A stretch of 42,472 nt of DNA, taken from positions 27,956,801 to 27,999,272 of the forward strand of contig NC_068991.1 in assembly GCF_001194135.2 (NCBI RefSeq). The letters run 5' to 3'. Both the position numbers and the translations under genes were made by a program. The notes beneath the pieces are model-generated. The model saw only the letters and a list, made by a program, of their open reading frames with translations. It was not told the DNA's origin and ran no database searches. Positions 1 to 11,875 of this stretch are shown piece after piece. The DNA is from Octopus bimaculoides (taxonomy: Eukaryota). The stretch's first letter is position 1. The number at the start of each line of letters is the position of its first letter.

Positions 1-47
<47 letters not shown>

Positions 48-155
48 CATATCAAATATATGAGTGTGTGTGTGTACATACATGTACATACGCTCAAGTA
101 CGCACGTACACACGTACGCACACATACACACACATACATACACACACATACACAT
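1..155. repeat. (TA)n followed by TG/CA/TACA microsatellites
   Basis: Directly visible simple repeats. Confidence 0.95.
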
Positions 156-1259
156 GTATCAGTGCTTTCAAAGCCACTCACCTGATAACGTGCAGGGACA
201 TAGCTATTGCAGGATCATATTTATGTAATAATATGTATATGTGAATTACTCAATAATTAGCTGCTAATGCTAATGCGCAGAAACAAAGGGAGTGATCCAG
301 TTTTTTGTGCAGCCTTCATGGGATAATTTGCTTATCAGTAAATGCTTATTTGTTTTTCCTATATAGGTTTGATCAATTGACAAAGGCTAAGTGGTTTTTT
401 CGTAAAATGCTTAACTTTTGTGTATTGTAGTACATAGTGTGAGAACTTGTAGTTGGATCTTTCTTGTTTGACTCACACTTTTCAGTTCTTTTAATTTTGT
501 TATAATTGATTTTAAATTTGGTGTATTGATGTAGTTTTATATGCTAATTATGGAAATTCCATTATTTTTGTCACAAATCAATCGATACAAAGTTAAAGCT
601 TTTTAAAGTTTGCAAATTTTGGGTAATTTTAACCAATCGAAAGCCACAGACATATTGGTGCCTCTTTTCATAGTAACAAGGCAAGTTTTAGTTTCTTTTT
701 TTTTCTCTTTTTGAGAAACGGACATTTTCGGTTGCTGTTCTGCAACTACCTTACTTTCATGATTTTCAACTGTGTTGCTTTCCTGGACATTTTCAACCTA
801 AGTAGAAGTATGACCACAGCCAACTTGTTTAATCTTTCGAATATGGTGGAGAAATTGAAAACTGAGGAGAACTGTGAACCACGGTGTTAAGCTTATTAAC
901 AGGCAACAAGTGGAAACCACTTGGTCCTCTGTAAAACGAGGGAATAAACGACGCTGTGGAACCCATTATTTTAAGGTTGACTCATATCAGCCTAAAAGTT
1001 TAAGTAGTGCAGTAGATACGGAAATTGTAATTTGTTTAATAAATTCCTAGAGCGTTTCACAAACTTTTGTTTTTGAAAATACGCTTAAAAAATGTATTGA
1101 TTTGTTTTCTCAAAAAAAATAAATAAATACAAAAAACATTGACGATTTTTCACTGTTTATAATAATGCCTCCTCCATTGTTTACACGTCTGTTCCATTGT
1201 TTACACACCTGTTCCAATATTTCATATGATTTTATGCATTAAAACTTATTAGAATTTCT

Positions 1260-1352
1260 GTCGTTGAATGTTTTGTCGTTGAATGTTTTGTCGTTGAATG
1301 TTTCGTCGTTGAATGTTTTGTCGTTGCAATGTTTTGTCGTTGCAATGTTGTC
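1260..1352. repeat. 15-bp minisatellite (GTCGTTGAATGTTTT) x ~6
   Basis: Units at 1260, 1275, 1290, 1305, 1320 and 1336; the last two carry a 1-bp insertion. Confidence 0.9.
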
Positions 1353-1867
1353 ATCATGCACAAAATGCCAGCATCCACATCCCGTTTTCAGACGGTAAAA
1401 ATAATCAAACTTTAAAGCTCTGTAACACTTTTCTAAAATTTCTCTGAAACAAGTGAATAACATCTGATTCAGCGTGAAAATAACATCAAACGGGAATTTT
1501 AGAATTTCAAAAAATGTGAATCCAACAGAAAAGATCCCTGATTTAAATAAAAAAAAGAAAAAGAAAAAGTAAAATGCAAATAAAGAGAAGAATATAAGTT
1601 TTGTAATCCGGAGTACTTACGTGTCAACCAATGAGACAGCTTTCAACAAGGCCCGCTCCCCGTCAGACCGCTCCTCCCCAGCCCGCTCCTCTTCAGCCCG
1701 TCCCACATCATTTTGTCTGTCCTCAGACCTTTTCTTTCTGACCACACGTTTCTTTGAATTTTATTTCATTTCATTGTATCTTATTTCATGAGTTGCGTAG
1801 AAGACGGTACAATGTGATAGCTTGCATTCCGTATCTCTAAACATGAGAACAACAATGTAAACGAGCA

Positions 1868-1868
<1 letters not shown>

Positions 1869-1900
<32 letters not shown>

Positions 1901-2004
1901 GTGTGGATAATGTTCGAAAGGTGATGTGAGGTCATGCGTAAATACCTTCATTATGTAGGTATGAATGTGTGTGTGTGCGTAAGTGTGTGTGTGGTGGTGA
2001 GTGT

Positions 2005-2041
<37 letters not shown>

Positions 2042-2110
2042 ACAGCGTTTTACAAGCTTGGATTTTACGACTGTTGATGTCACTGCGTTTGTGCGTATGT
2101 GTAAATGTAA
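1869..2110. repeat. (TG)n compound microsatellite
   Basis: Directly visible; explains the HTHTHT/VCVCVC ORFs. Confidence 0.95.
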
Positions 2111-3000
2111 ACATTCGAGGTTGTGTATATATTCAAATAATCTGGAGAAAAGACATGAGCAGAGAGAAGATTCCAGAAGGCCGATGATCCAGGATGGAAG
2201 GACTCGGAATAGTTTTCAATGTGTGGGTAGGATGCGGGCTTGGACGTATAAATAGTGACGAAATGTAAAGAAATGTGTGAGTTACGAGTGCCTGAATGAA
2301 GGCGATACAAAACCAGCCATCTCTAAGGAACAGAGTCTATAGTAGCAGTGATAGAAAAGACAGAGTAAGGAAACAGAATGCCTGTGGGCCAAAAGCTTTG
2401 ACCGGTAGGTTTGTGGTTTAATGATAGTCAGCTACGTGGCTCTTCTCTGGAGGCGGTCCTGCTGTCCCAGATGTGCGTTTAGTACTCCATTGTGGATCTG
2501 AGTTATGTCTTGCAGAATGTTAGCAACTATTGGGAACTGAAATATTTTCTGGACTTGAAGAGAAAGACTAGGTTTGGTGATATTATCTTTGCTACGCTAA
2601 AGATACGCTTTCGACAGGGAAGAATTTTCGTGATGCTGAAATATAACATTTAGAGTGACCATGAGGGCTCGTATGGATGGGTGGTGTAGTGCGGCGTTGT
2701 TTTCTTGACATGAGTGGTGCTTCTCAAGTATCTATGGAATAAATGCAAGTTTGATGTGTGGTGTCTGTGTTGCGTTTGGATAATGCAAAGTTGGGGAAGA
2801 TGAGAGAGGAATGAAGGATCCTGTCATCTTCATAAGAGTGGCATTGTTAGATGTTCCGTTCTTGTATTGTTATTGCTGGAAACAAAGATTTAAAGAACGT
2901 TATTCTCACATGATTATAGTACCTGTTCGATGAAATTAGTGGTTTTAAGGTACCCACCGGACGACCAATTTAGATGGCGAGCAATCTAATCCCGCTTGAC
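2075..3000 (-). mobile_element. Degenerate non-LTR retrotransposon (CR1/L2/Jockey group), RT core to C-terminus
   Basis: Minus-strand translation gives HSYEDDRILHSS (YADD box, 2823-2834), LFKSRKYFSSQ*LLTF..STMEY and YSESFHPGSSAFWNLLSAHVF; multiple stops and frameshifts. Confidence 0.8.
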
Positions 3001-3313
3001 GAAATCTTAATTTCTTCAATATTCTTGTTTTTGGAGTGTCGCATGTATAGATGTGCTATTTTTTAATAACATAGTTATTGCAGGGAGATTTTTTTTTCTA
3101 AGTCCGTCGCTTGTCAATAAAAAAAAAAGAAGTAAGCAACGTGTCGCTCCTCACACACGTGTCATAGACCCGCCATCATTGCATTAGATTGTCCTAATAC
3201 TACCTAATGGATCTGGGATTATATTTTAATACCTCTCCATAGCAACAATTTTCAGAATTACTTTGTGTATGTATATACATATATGTGATTCTATTTTGGG
3301 GGCGGGCGCACTT

Positions 3314-3318
3314 TTGTG

Positions 3319-3394
<76 letters not shown>

Positions 3395-3420
3395 AACAAA
3401 GAGACAGAGAGGGAGAGAGA

Positions 3421-3460
<40 letters not shown>
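3314..3460. repeat. (GT)n(GA)n microsatellite
   Basis: Directly visible. Confidence 0.95.
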
Positions 3461-3461
<1 letters not shown>

Positions 3462-3768
3462 AGTTTGTGAGAACGCATGTTTCGTGTATGTGTGTGGTGT
3501 GGTATGTGTGTGTGTTCTATATTTGTATGCGCATGTATCATGTGTTGTGAGTATGTGTGAAAATACGCGTATTTGTGAGTGATTTGTTTGTTGTGTGTAC
3601 ATGTATGTAAGTCAATGTGCGTGTTTATATGTATGTGGTGTATTTGTGATGTTTCTCTATGTACGTACGTATGTATGTATGTATGTATGTATTTTTATGA
3701 AATGTATGAGAAATCAAAGCGCAATCATCAGCAAACACAAAGTCGCGTAGAAACTCTTGTTTGGCCTT

Positions 3769-3774
<6 letters not shown>

Positions 3775-3838
<64 letters not shown>
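3775..3838. repeat. (TAA)n microsatellite, left flank of R4/Dong insertion
   Basis: About 21 TAA units. Confidence 0.95.
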
Positions 3839-4946
3839 CCAAACGTATGAAAACCTTTGCTAAAACCGTTACCCTGGATATTCTCACTTACAAGTGGCAA
3901 GAAAAATTTCTCAATGACAAACACCCAAAGAGAGCTAATAATGCTGTTGTTAACAAAGCCCTTACACATCAATGGTCAACGTCTTCTGGCGTAAAATCAG
4001 AGACAAAAGGGTTTATCATAGCAGCCCAGGATCAATGCCTACTTAGAAGAAGTTACCAGGCCAACATCTTGAGGAACGGCTGTAGCCCAACATGTCGTGT
4101 ATGTAAACAACAAGCAGAAACCATTGATCATATTGTCTCTATGTGTAGCCTTCTTGTACCTGGAGTATTTCAACAGGCATGATGAAGTAGCACAGTATAT
4201 TCACTGGGTAATCTGCAAGGACCTTAACCTACCCCGTGATAAAAGCTGGTGGGAACACAAACCACTTCCAGTGCTTGAAAATGATCATATCTCATTTCTT
4301 CGGAACTTTACTATTCAAACTAACAGAAAGATAGATAGAAATGGGCCAGACACTATACTGAAGGGTTTCAGACAAAAATCGTACCTCCTGATCGATATGA
4401 CTATCCCAATTGACATAAATGTATATATGAAGACCTACCAAAAACTGAGCAAATATAAAGATCTTAAAATAGAAATTGGTAAAATGTAGAACCTGAAAAC
4501 TAGAACAATACCTGTTGTCATAGGCGCCCAAGGCATGATAACAAAATGGATTGATTGTTTCCTATCTCAGATACCAGGAAATCCCAAAATGGAAGAAATT
4601 AAAGGAATAGTGCTCATGACAACTGCTCATATCCTAAGAAAAATATTGTCAATGTAATTCCCAAAACATTTTAATCTGTGAACATTATCAAAAGTACTTT
4701 TAAACGTACATAGTAGCAAACAACCTTTACTGTCATCTTAAAAAGTCACTATCATCTTATCATCAAATTACTTTTAAAACAAATTTCTAATTTTCTTGTG
4801 TTTTGACAGACACTCTCTAGAACAATACACTGTGCAAAACCAAAAATATGGTACCCTAGTCATAATACCAACTTGAACTGTTAACTCGTTATCTCTTGAG
4901 GTCTCTGGGTGAGACTTCGAGTCAACTTGTACAAATAAAAAGCAAA
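3839..4946 (+). mobile_element. 5'-truncated R4/Dong-clade non-LTR retrotransposon (CCHC knuckle + restriction-like endonuclease + 3' UTR)
   Basis: ORFs 3847-4182 and 4097-4489: ETKGFIIAAQDQ, CRVCKQQAETIDHIVSMC, RHDEVAQYIHW, PDTIL..LIDMTIP..K..KYKDL; frameshifted; AATAAA at 4934-4939, then (CAA)n(TAA)n. Confidence 0.85.
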
Positions 4947-4948
4947 TG

Positions 4949-5020
<72 letters not shown>
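4949..5020. repeat. (ACA)n(ATA)n microsatellite
   Basis: Directly visible. Confidence 0.95.
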
Positions 5021-5022
<2 letters not shown>

Positions 5023-5150
5023 CGTTTCTTTGTTGCTCACAAGGACCGAACACAAAACAAATAGGGACAATACAAAACTTAGGACACGGGTTTAACACAA
5101 AGTCGAAAGGCAAATTCGAATTCAGCGGAGTTTGAACTCAGAACGTAAAG
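5021..5150 (-). mobile_element. SINE family A fragment
   Basis: Contains gagtttgaactcagaacgtaaag, the reverse complement of the family-A B-box region seen in many copies in this window. Confidence 0.65.
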
Positions 5151-5157
5151 GTGGATG

Positions 5158-5241
5158 GAGAGGAGGAGGTGGAGGAGGAGGAGGAAGAAGAAGAAGAAGA
5201 AGAAGAAGAAGAAGAAGAAGAAGAAGAAGAAGAAGAAGAAA
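5158..5241. repeat. (GAG)n(AAG)n microsatellite
   Basis: Directly visible. Confidence 0.95.
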
Positions 5242-5829
5242 GCAATCACGTTCAAAAGAGGTGTAAGGGGACATCGAAGACGGATCGGTGCCACCGTTGA
5301 TTGCAGCGATGAAGCTTCTGAATCCGGGTTCGAAACCGATCGCTTACAGCACAACTTCCAGGTAACCATGGCCGATGCACTTCAACGTTTATGACTGATG
5401 ATAATTATTATTATTTATGAAGGTTGTCGTAACTTTTCACGAAGGTAAATGCGCAATAGGAGCGTGATGCGATAAGTAATAAAATATAGATTGATTTTGT
5501 TCATTGAAGTGAACAATATTTCGACATTACATCTTCGGGTTCAAAATGATAATACACAGAATGAAAATTCACAAAAATACAGAAATTCAAAAATTCAACT
5601 GGAATATCCTGCGTTCCTTTCTAGACATCGACGTCATCAAAAAGGTTAAAAAAATTAAAAAAAGACGCGAAGTTTTGTGTAATATGATGGCATTGTCATT
5701 CTGTTCATTCCTTAAGAGCATGACGTTAGTAACTCACAAATATATTTATCTGTTTTGAGAACTGAAAATGCATTGACGTCCGATTATTTTCTGAGAAGGT
5801 GTTACTTTTATGCGTTACTGAAATTCTCA

Positions 5830-6470
5830 GTTGCTTGGCTTCTGGCTTCTTGGGTTCATGCTCTTGCTTGATGGGGTTGGGGCCATTCCAAGATAGAGGT
5901 TCCAGAGGTGTCATCACGCGTAGAGCCGACCAGGTCCACCAGTGCTCTCCATCGCTCGCGGTCTCGTGCCAGCCCTTCTGCATCCTTCAAGGTGACGTCG
6001 AGACCCTGGAGATCTTTCCCAATCATATCCAGCCATAAGATGTGAGGTCTGCCACGAGGCCTCTCCCAACTCGCAGTTGCTACGTCGAATGAGAGTAAAG
6101 CCCTGGTAGGATGACCTAATGGGAGACGGAGGACATGTCCATACCAGCGCATGCTACGGATTGCTACGAGGCGAGAAGCTGTGGGTTGATGCGTGCGCGT
6201 ACAGGGTTCTTTGTTAGAAACATGATGGTACCATATGATGTTCTCTACAGTTCTCAGAGTTATGCTCTCGAAGCCATCGATTTTCTTTGTCAGGGTCTTC
6301 GAGAGGGGCCACGTTTCTGCTCCCTAGAGGAGAACGGAGAGGACCGATGTGTTGTAGATGCGGAACTTCGTCTTCCAGAAGATAAAGCAGTGGCGCCAAA
6401 GGGGTTTTCATAGGGAGTACATGGTCCCAGTAGCCAGACCATATCTGCGGTTGATCTCCGGTGTCAGGAC
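5830..6470 (-). mobile_element. RTE-clade LINE 3' fragment
   Basis: ORF 5856-6152 MRWYGHVLR...RPRGRPHILW...LARDRERWRALV is the typical RTE C-terminus; upstream degenerate VLLY..ETW-type region. Confidence 0.85.
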
Positions 6471-6940
6471 TCCATTATTGGTGACATCTTAACATTATTC
6501 AATTAATTTATGAAGGCAACATGACAGAAAGTAAGAAAAGAGTAATTTAAAACTAATAAATTCATTATAGTAAATGAGCAGTCTTTTTTTTGTCTCACTT
6601 GTATTTGAGGTTGATTGTCATTGTTCTATATTTTATGTTTAAAGTTATTTTCCTTCTTTGTTTCTCTCTTATACCATCGAGGACATTTTGGGGTGATATA
6701 ATTTGAATCTGAATCCTGCTGGCTCATTTTACTAATTTATTATAATTAAACATCAGTTAATTACCAGACAAATAGGTTAATCGCAATTAAGTCTCTCTAG
6801 ATTTTAATACAGTTTCTAATTTACATGCATACATACATACATACATATATGAAGGTAGGCATACATACATATAAAGATGCGTGTATACATATACACATAA
6901 CTATATATGTATGCATACGTACATATATATGTATGTATGT

Positions 6941-6973
<33 letters not shown>

Positions 6974-7386
6974 NNNNNNNNNNNNNNNNNNNNNNNNNNN
7001 NNNNNNNNNNNNNNNNNNNNNNNNNNNNNNNNNNNNNNNNNNNNNNNNNNNNNNNNNNNNNNNNNNNNNNNNNNNNNNNNNNNNNNNNNNNNNNNNNNNN
7101 NNNNNNNNNNNNNNNNNNNNNNNNNNNNNNNNNNNNNNNNNNNNNNNNNNNNNNNNNNNNNNNNNNNNNNNNNNNNNNNNNNNNNNNNNNNNNNNNNNNN
7201 NNNNNNNNNNNNNNNNNNNNNNNNNNNNNNNNNNNNNNNNNNNNNNNNNNNNNNNNNNNNNNNNNNNNNNNNNNNNNNNNNNNNNNNNNNNNNNNNNNNN
7301 NNNNNNNNNNNNNNNNNNNNNNNNNNNNNNNNNNNNNNNNNNNNNNNNNNNNNNNNNNNNNNNNNNNNNNNNNNNNNNNNNNNNNN
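6974..7386. other. Assembly gap (N run) flanked by microsatellites
   Basis: N run. Confidence 1.
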
Positions 7387-7539
7387 AGAGAGAGAGAGAG
7401 AGAGAGAGAGAAACAACCTGTTTTAAAATTCTCAGCGCGAGATATACAGTAACAGTACCGAAGAGTAAAGTTTAGTTGCCGACAGAATGTGGCGGTCCTA
7501 TAAAGGATGGTGTTACTGTTGTTTAAGCCTCAGGAAAAC

Positions 7540-7685
7540 ATCAACTATATATGCGTTTCTGGATTAAAGAGATGTAAAAATATCATATTTTACTCACTTA
7601 TTTCCGTCTTCAGTATAGTATTGCAATTATAAATTCGAGAGCACTTTTTACATCTCTTTCATCCAGAAACGCGTATATAGTTGAT
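7540..7685. repeat. 41-bp inverted repeat pair with 64-bp spacer (MITE-like hairpin)
   Basis: 7540-7580 vs 7645-7685, 39/41 complementary. Confidence 0.85.
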
Positions 7686-7950
7686 CAAAGCCGGGTGGAT
7701 TCGTTATTTTTTTCTCTCTGCCAGCATGAGTTGGGAGTATTGCTATCTGGGAGATATATTATGGTGGTGGAATAGTATTTAACTGCTATTTCTAAATTTC
7801 GGTATGTGGTGAATCAATTTTGCTGAACCCTAATTATAATTATGCTCATAATTATAAATTTTTTGTGTAAGTTTACCGATAATGGTTTTTTTAACATACT
7901 GAACTACTTGGTAAAATTATCAATTATTTATTTTATCCTGTATCAGTATT

Positions 7951-7997
<47 letters not shown>

Positions 7998-8127
7998 NNN
8001 NNNNNNNNNNNNNNNNNNNNNNNNNNNNNNNNNNNNNNNNNNNNNNNNNNNNNNNNNNNNNNNNNNNNNNNNNNNNNNNNNNNNNNNNNNNNNNNNNNNN
8101 NNNNNNNNNNNNNNNNNNNNNNNNNNN
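7998..8127. other. Assembly gap (N run)
   Basis: N run. Confidence 1.
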
Positions 8128-8467
8128 TGTGTGTGTGTGTATGTATGTATGTATGTATGTATACACAATTGGTAGATTATTTCAATGGGAATAATGAAAT
8201 GTGAAGACTTTGACACAAATATAAAGTGATAGAAATTAAAGAAACGTAATTACAGATCAAGTTTCTTCCTTATGCGTAATTGCTTCAATAAAATAGCACA
8301 AGTGCTCTCAGTAATTAGAACTTTATTACAACCCACATTCTCTCATTTAAAATAAACTATTACGGTGGGTTTTCTTTGAATTCTTTATAACTGAAGACAA
8401 GCAGTTTAATCTTAATTTTATCTAGAGTTGAACAGTAGTTATACTCCGATATTTTGGCTAATACGTG

Positions 8468-8587
8468 GAGATTGCCTTTCGTCCCTCTGGGGTTGATAAA
8501 ATAAAGTACTAGTCAAGTATAGAGGTCGATGGTATCGACTAAAGTTTTCCAATTAAAAGTGCTGGCCTTGTGCCTAAAGCAGAATCT
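8468..8587 (+). mobile_element. SINE family A 3' half
   Basis: gcctttcgtccc..gataaaataa-gtac..gtcgat..cgact..gctggccttgtgcc matches other copies in the window. Confidence 0.7.
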
Positions 8588-9292
8588 ATTAATTCACCAA
8601 TATACGAAATAAACAAACATTATACAAAGAAAAAAAAACAAATAAACTATATTACAGTTGGTTTTGTAGATGTTGTTTTTATTCAACACTTGGTAACACC
8701 ACAAACCTATGATTAAAGTTGTTCCAAGTTTGACCATCTCTCTATTATTTAAAAGAGTCCTTGTATTTTTACGGTGATACAGATTTTTAAGAGGATTTAG
8801 CTGCTATATCAGTATTATGATAATATTACAAGATAGCTCCAGCTTGGACAGAAATGATTAGTTACATTGATAATAAGACTACTATCGTTCGCTAAAATGA
8901 TCCTGCAGGCAGTTCGTGAACGGCAGGAATGAAAAAGCCACGGGTGCAATAATTTGTAGTTTTTACTTGGATTCAAATCTTAGGTGATTTAGCCTTTCGT
9001 CTTTCTGGAAAAAAATAAAACAAAGTAGATGGTATGTCAAATATATTTTCAGCAGTTCTGCGATGGCAAAGACATCAGTTTATAATCGTCTAAATCTAGG
9101 GATTTGGAGGATTGATATGTGATATTTTCTGGTACTTGATCATGTCATCTTGCCCGCTAATATTGTAACATTGTTTTCATTATGAAAGGGGTCATCAGAC
9201 AGACTATTTCCTCGATATGTATGCATGTATGACCACCTCTGTCCGGCATTCACCATGATTGATCGCTAGCCACTAAACCTAATTTCTGTGTT

Positions 9293-9415
9293 CTTTTCTG
9301 TTGAAGAACGTAAAAAATTTTCTCACTTCCTGAGCGTTAAACTAATACATCTGTTTGTTGTTTCCACACCCGTCTTCGTCTTTTATTTTGCATTTTCTTT
9401 TGTAAATTCCAACTA
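9293..9415 (+). mobile_element. Penelope pLTR-like short repeat, homologous to 41372-41500 (minus)
   Basis: Shares ctgttgaaga..aacgtaaaa and gagcgttaaactaatacatctg(t/c)ttgttgtt with the reverse complement of 41372-41497. Confidence 0.65.
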
Positions 9416-9602
9416 TGTATGTATATATGTACGTATGTCTGTACACATACCTACACGCACATGTATGCATGTATGTATGTATGTATGTATGTATGTATGT
9501 ATGTATGTATGTACACATACATACATGTACTCACATTCATACATGAATATATACGTATATATAAATATATGAAACATATATATGTGTGTGTGTGTGTGTG
9601 TA

Positions 9603-9649
<47 letters not shown>

Positions 9650-9692
9650 AAAACACACTCTCTCTCTCTCTCTCTCTCAAACACGCACACAC
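9413..9692. repeat. Compound TATG/TG/TC microsatellite
   Basis: Directly visible. Confidence 0.95.
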
Positions 9693-10230
9693 ATAGATTA
9701 TATTATATTGTTATCGTATGAGATTGGTGGTTTCGTTGTAGAGCATACATGTTGACAAAGGAATATAAATGACAGTATTATGTTTATTAATCAGTTATGG
9801 TCGTTTCGATAATTGGTGAAATTCAGACAAGAGATAACATTCTAGGTTATTCAAATAAAAAAGATTTATGCAAAATTTTAACATTACATCTCACAACTAT
9901 CCCAAGTATCTCTGAAACTATTCAGATACATACGCATACACACACACACATACATACATACATACATACATACATACAAGTAAATTTCCAAAAATGGATA
10001 TGAGGGATATTAAATTCTGACGGGTACCGTATTCACTCTAACTGGTTAACTATGCTGGCTAACCTCAGTGTATGTAGATTAAACTCCATTTAGTTAAATT
10101 TACTATACTTGGTTAATTCTGACTTGGTAAATCTAGGTGTCCTTATAAAGACTGCATAGTGTCAGTAGAGAAGAAATAGTAAATTAAAATATCTGGAGAA
10201 TAGAGATTTACATATCTATGTTTTATTATA

Positions 10231-10522
10231 CAGTTAACTTCATCTTAGCTTATCAATACCAACACATGTTTCTGTTGCAAACCACTGCACACTGTGAAGT
10301 TTGCATCTTAGTGTGTATTTTGATGTTAAATTACTCGTGCAGCTACATCGGGGCAAATTTTAACTGTATTTAAGATATCACGTGGACTGAGTATTTGCCC
10401 TGATGACGCTGCACTAGTAGTTTAGCATCAAAATGCACACTAGCATGCAAACTTTACAGTGTGCACTGGCTTGCAGTAGGAACATGTGTTGGTATTGATA
10501 AAAAAAAAGATGTTATTAACTG
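10231..10522. mobile_element. Tc1/mariner-type MITE, 292 bp, palindromic
   Basis: TA|CAGTTAA...TTAACTG|TA ends (TA at 10229-30 and 10523-24); long imperfect arms (10250-10359 vs ~10392-10501). Confidence 0.8.
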
Positions 10523-10698
10523 TATATTGTAACATGGTTATGTAAATCTCTATTCTCCTGATATTTGAATTTACTATATATATTAAATTCAAATTACGAT
10601 GAACGTAAACAAACAAAGTTTGCTTTTAAAAGCGTCGAGATGTCTTTAAAAGTTACAGAACTGATTTTAAATTCTCAAACGCAGGATAATGCTAATAA

Positions 10699-10809
10699 TA
10701 TAGCCTGAACTGGATAAGCTACCCCTATTTTGCAGAAAAAAGTGTAGGCGGCCATGGTCGCCTACACTTTTTTTCTGCAAAATAGGGGTAGCTTATCCTG
10801 TTCAGGTTA

Positions 10810-10811
<2 letters not shown>
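10699..10811. repeat. Near-perfect spacerless palindrome (113 bp) centred on CCATGG
   Basis: Arms complementary except for 3 substitutions and a 1-nt T-run difference. Confidence 0.95.
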
Positions 10812-10862
<51 letters not shown>

Positions 10863-10863
<1 letters not shown>

Positions 10864-11142
10864 CTCGGTCCGGGCTGCGTGTTGTGTTCTTTCTTGAGCA
10901 AGACACTTTATTTCACGTTGCTCCAGTTCACTCAGCTGTAGAAATGAGTTGCGACATCACTGGTGCCAAGCTGTATTAGCCTTTGCCTTTCCTTTGGAGA
11001 ACATCAGTGGTGTGGAGAGGGGAGGTTGATATGCATGGGTGACTACTGTCCTTCCATAAACAACCTTGCCCGGATTTGCGCCTCGGATAGTAACTCTCTA
11101 GGTGTGATCCCATGGTCATTCATGACCGAAGGAAGTTTCCTC
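10863..11142 (+). mobile_element. SINE family C (CORE-like domain), 5' truncated
   Basis: ttgagcaagacactttatttcacgttgctcc resembles the CORE-type SINE domain; related pieces at 31875-31990 and 41907-42074. Confidence 0.6.
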
Positions 11143-11478
11143 CTCATATATATATATATTTAATTATATTTATTTATTTTCTCCTAGTAATAAATAACTC
11201 GGATAAAATAAATTGGTTAATAGATACCAGGGTAGCAAAGATCACAAAATAATTGTGGTGTAACTCCTGTTTAACATCGCCGATTCCTATGGATCGCATA
11301 AATTGTAATTCTTCGAAACATATGTCGGAATAAAAGTATGCAGTTATAATATGCGTTTACTCCATTCTTTAAATTTATATATATATATATACAGCAGTAT
11401 CCGGATGCAAAAGATTAACCAAAACTGGAAAGTAGTGTCCTCTATGTAATGTTTCTGTACAATAACTACCATACAGCA

Positions 11479-11875
11479 CTCTTTTACTCTTTTACTTGTT
11501 TCAGTCATTTGACTGCAGTCATGTTGGAGCACCGCCTTTAGTAGAGCAAATCAACCCCAGTACTTATTCTTTGTAAGCCTAGTACTTATTCTATCGGTCT
11601 CTTTTGCCGAACCGCTAAGTTATGGGGACGTAAACACACCAGCATCGGTTGTCAAGCGATGTTGGGGGCACAAACACAGACACACAAACACACACATATA
11701 CATATATATACGTATATACGACGGGCTTCTTTCAGTTTCCGTCTACCAAATCCATTCACAAGGCTTTGGTCGGCTCGAGGCTATAGTAGAAGACACTTGC
11801 TTAAGGTGCCACGCAATGGGACTGAACCCGGAACCATGTGGTTCGTAAGCAAGCTACTTACCACACAGCCACTCC
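11479..11875 (-). mobile_element. SINE family B (tRNA-like head, internal CA/TA microsatellite), near full length
   Basis: On the minus strand: gtggctgtgtggtaag A-box, gggttcagtccc B-box, internal microsatellite, (GAGTAAAA) tail; homologous copies at 16041, 18755, 35030, 39463 and 40937. Confidence 0.85.

Noticed and set aside
1260-1352. CRISPR-like array
   Set aside because: Head-to-tail repeats without unique spacers, in eukaryotic context, with no cas genes.
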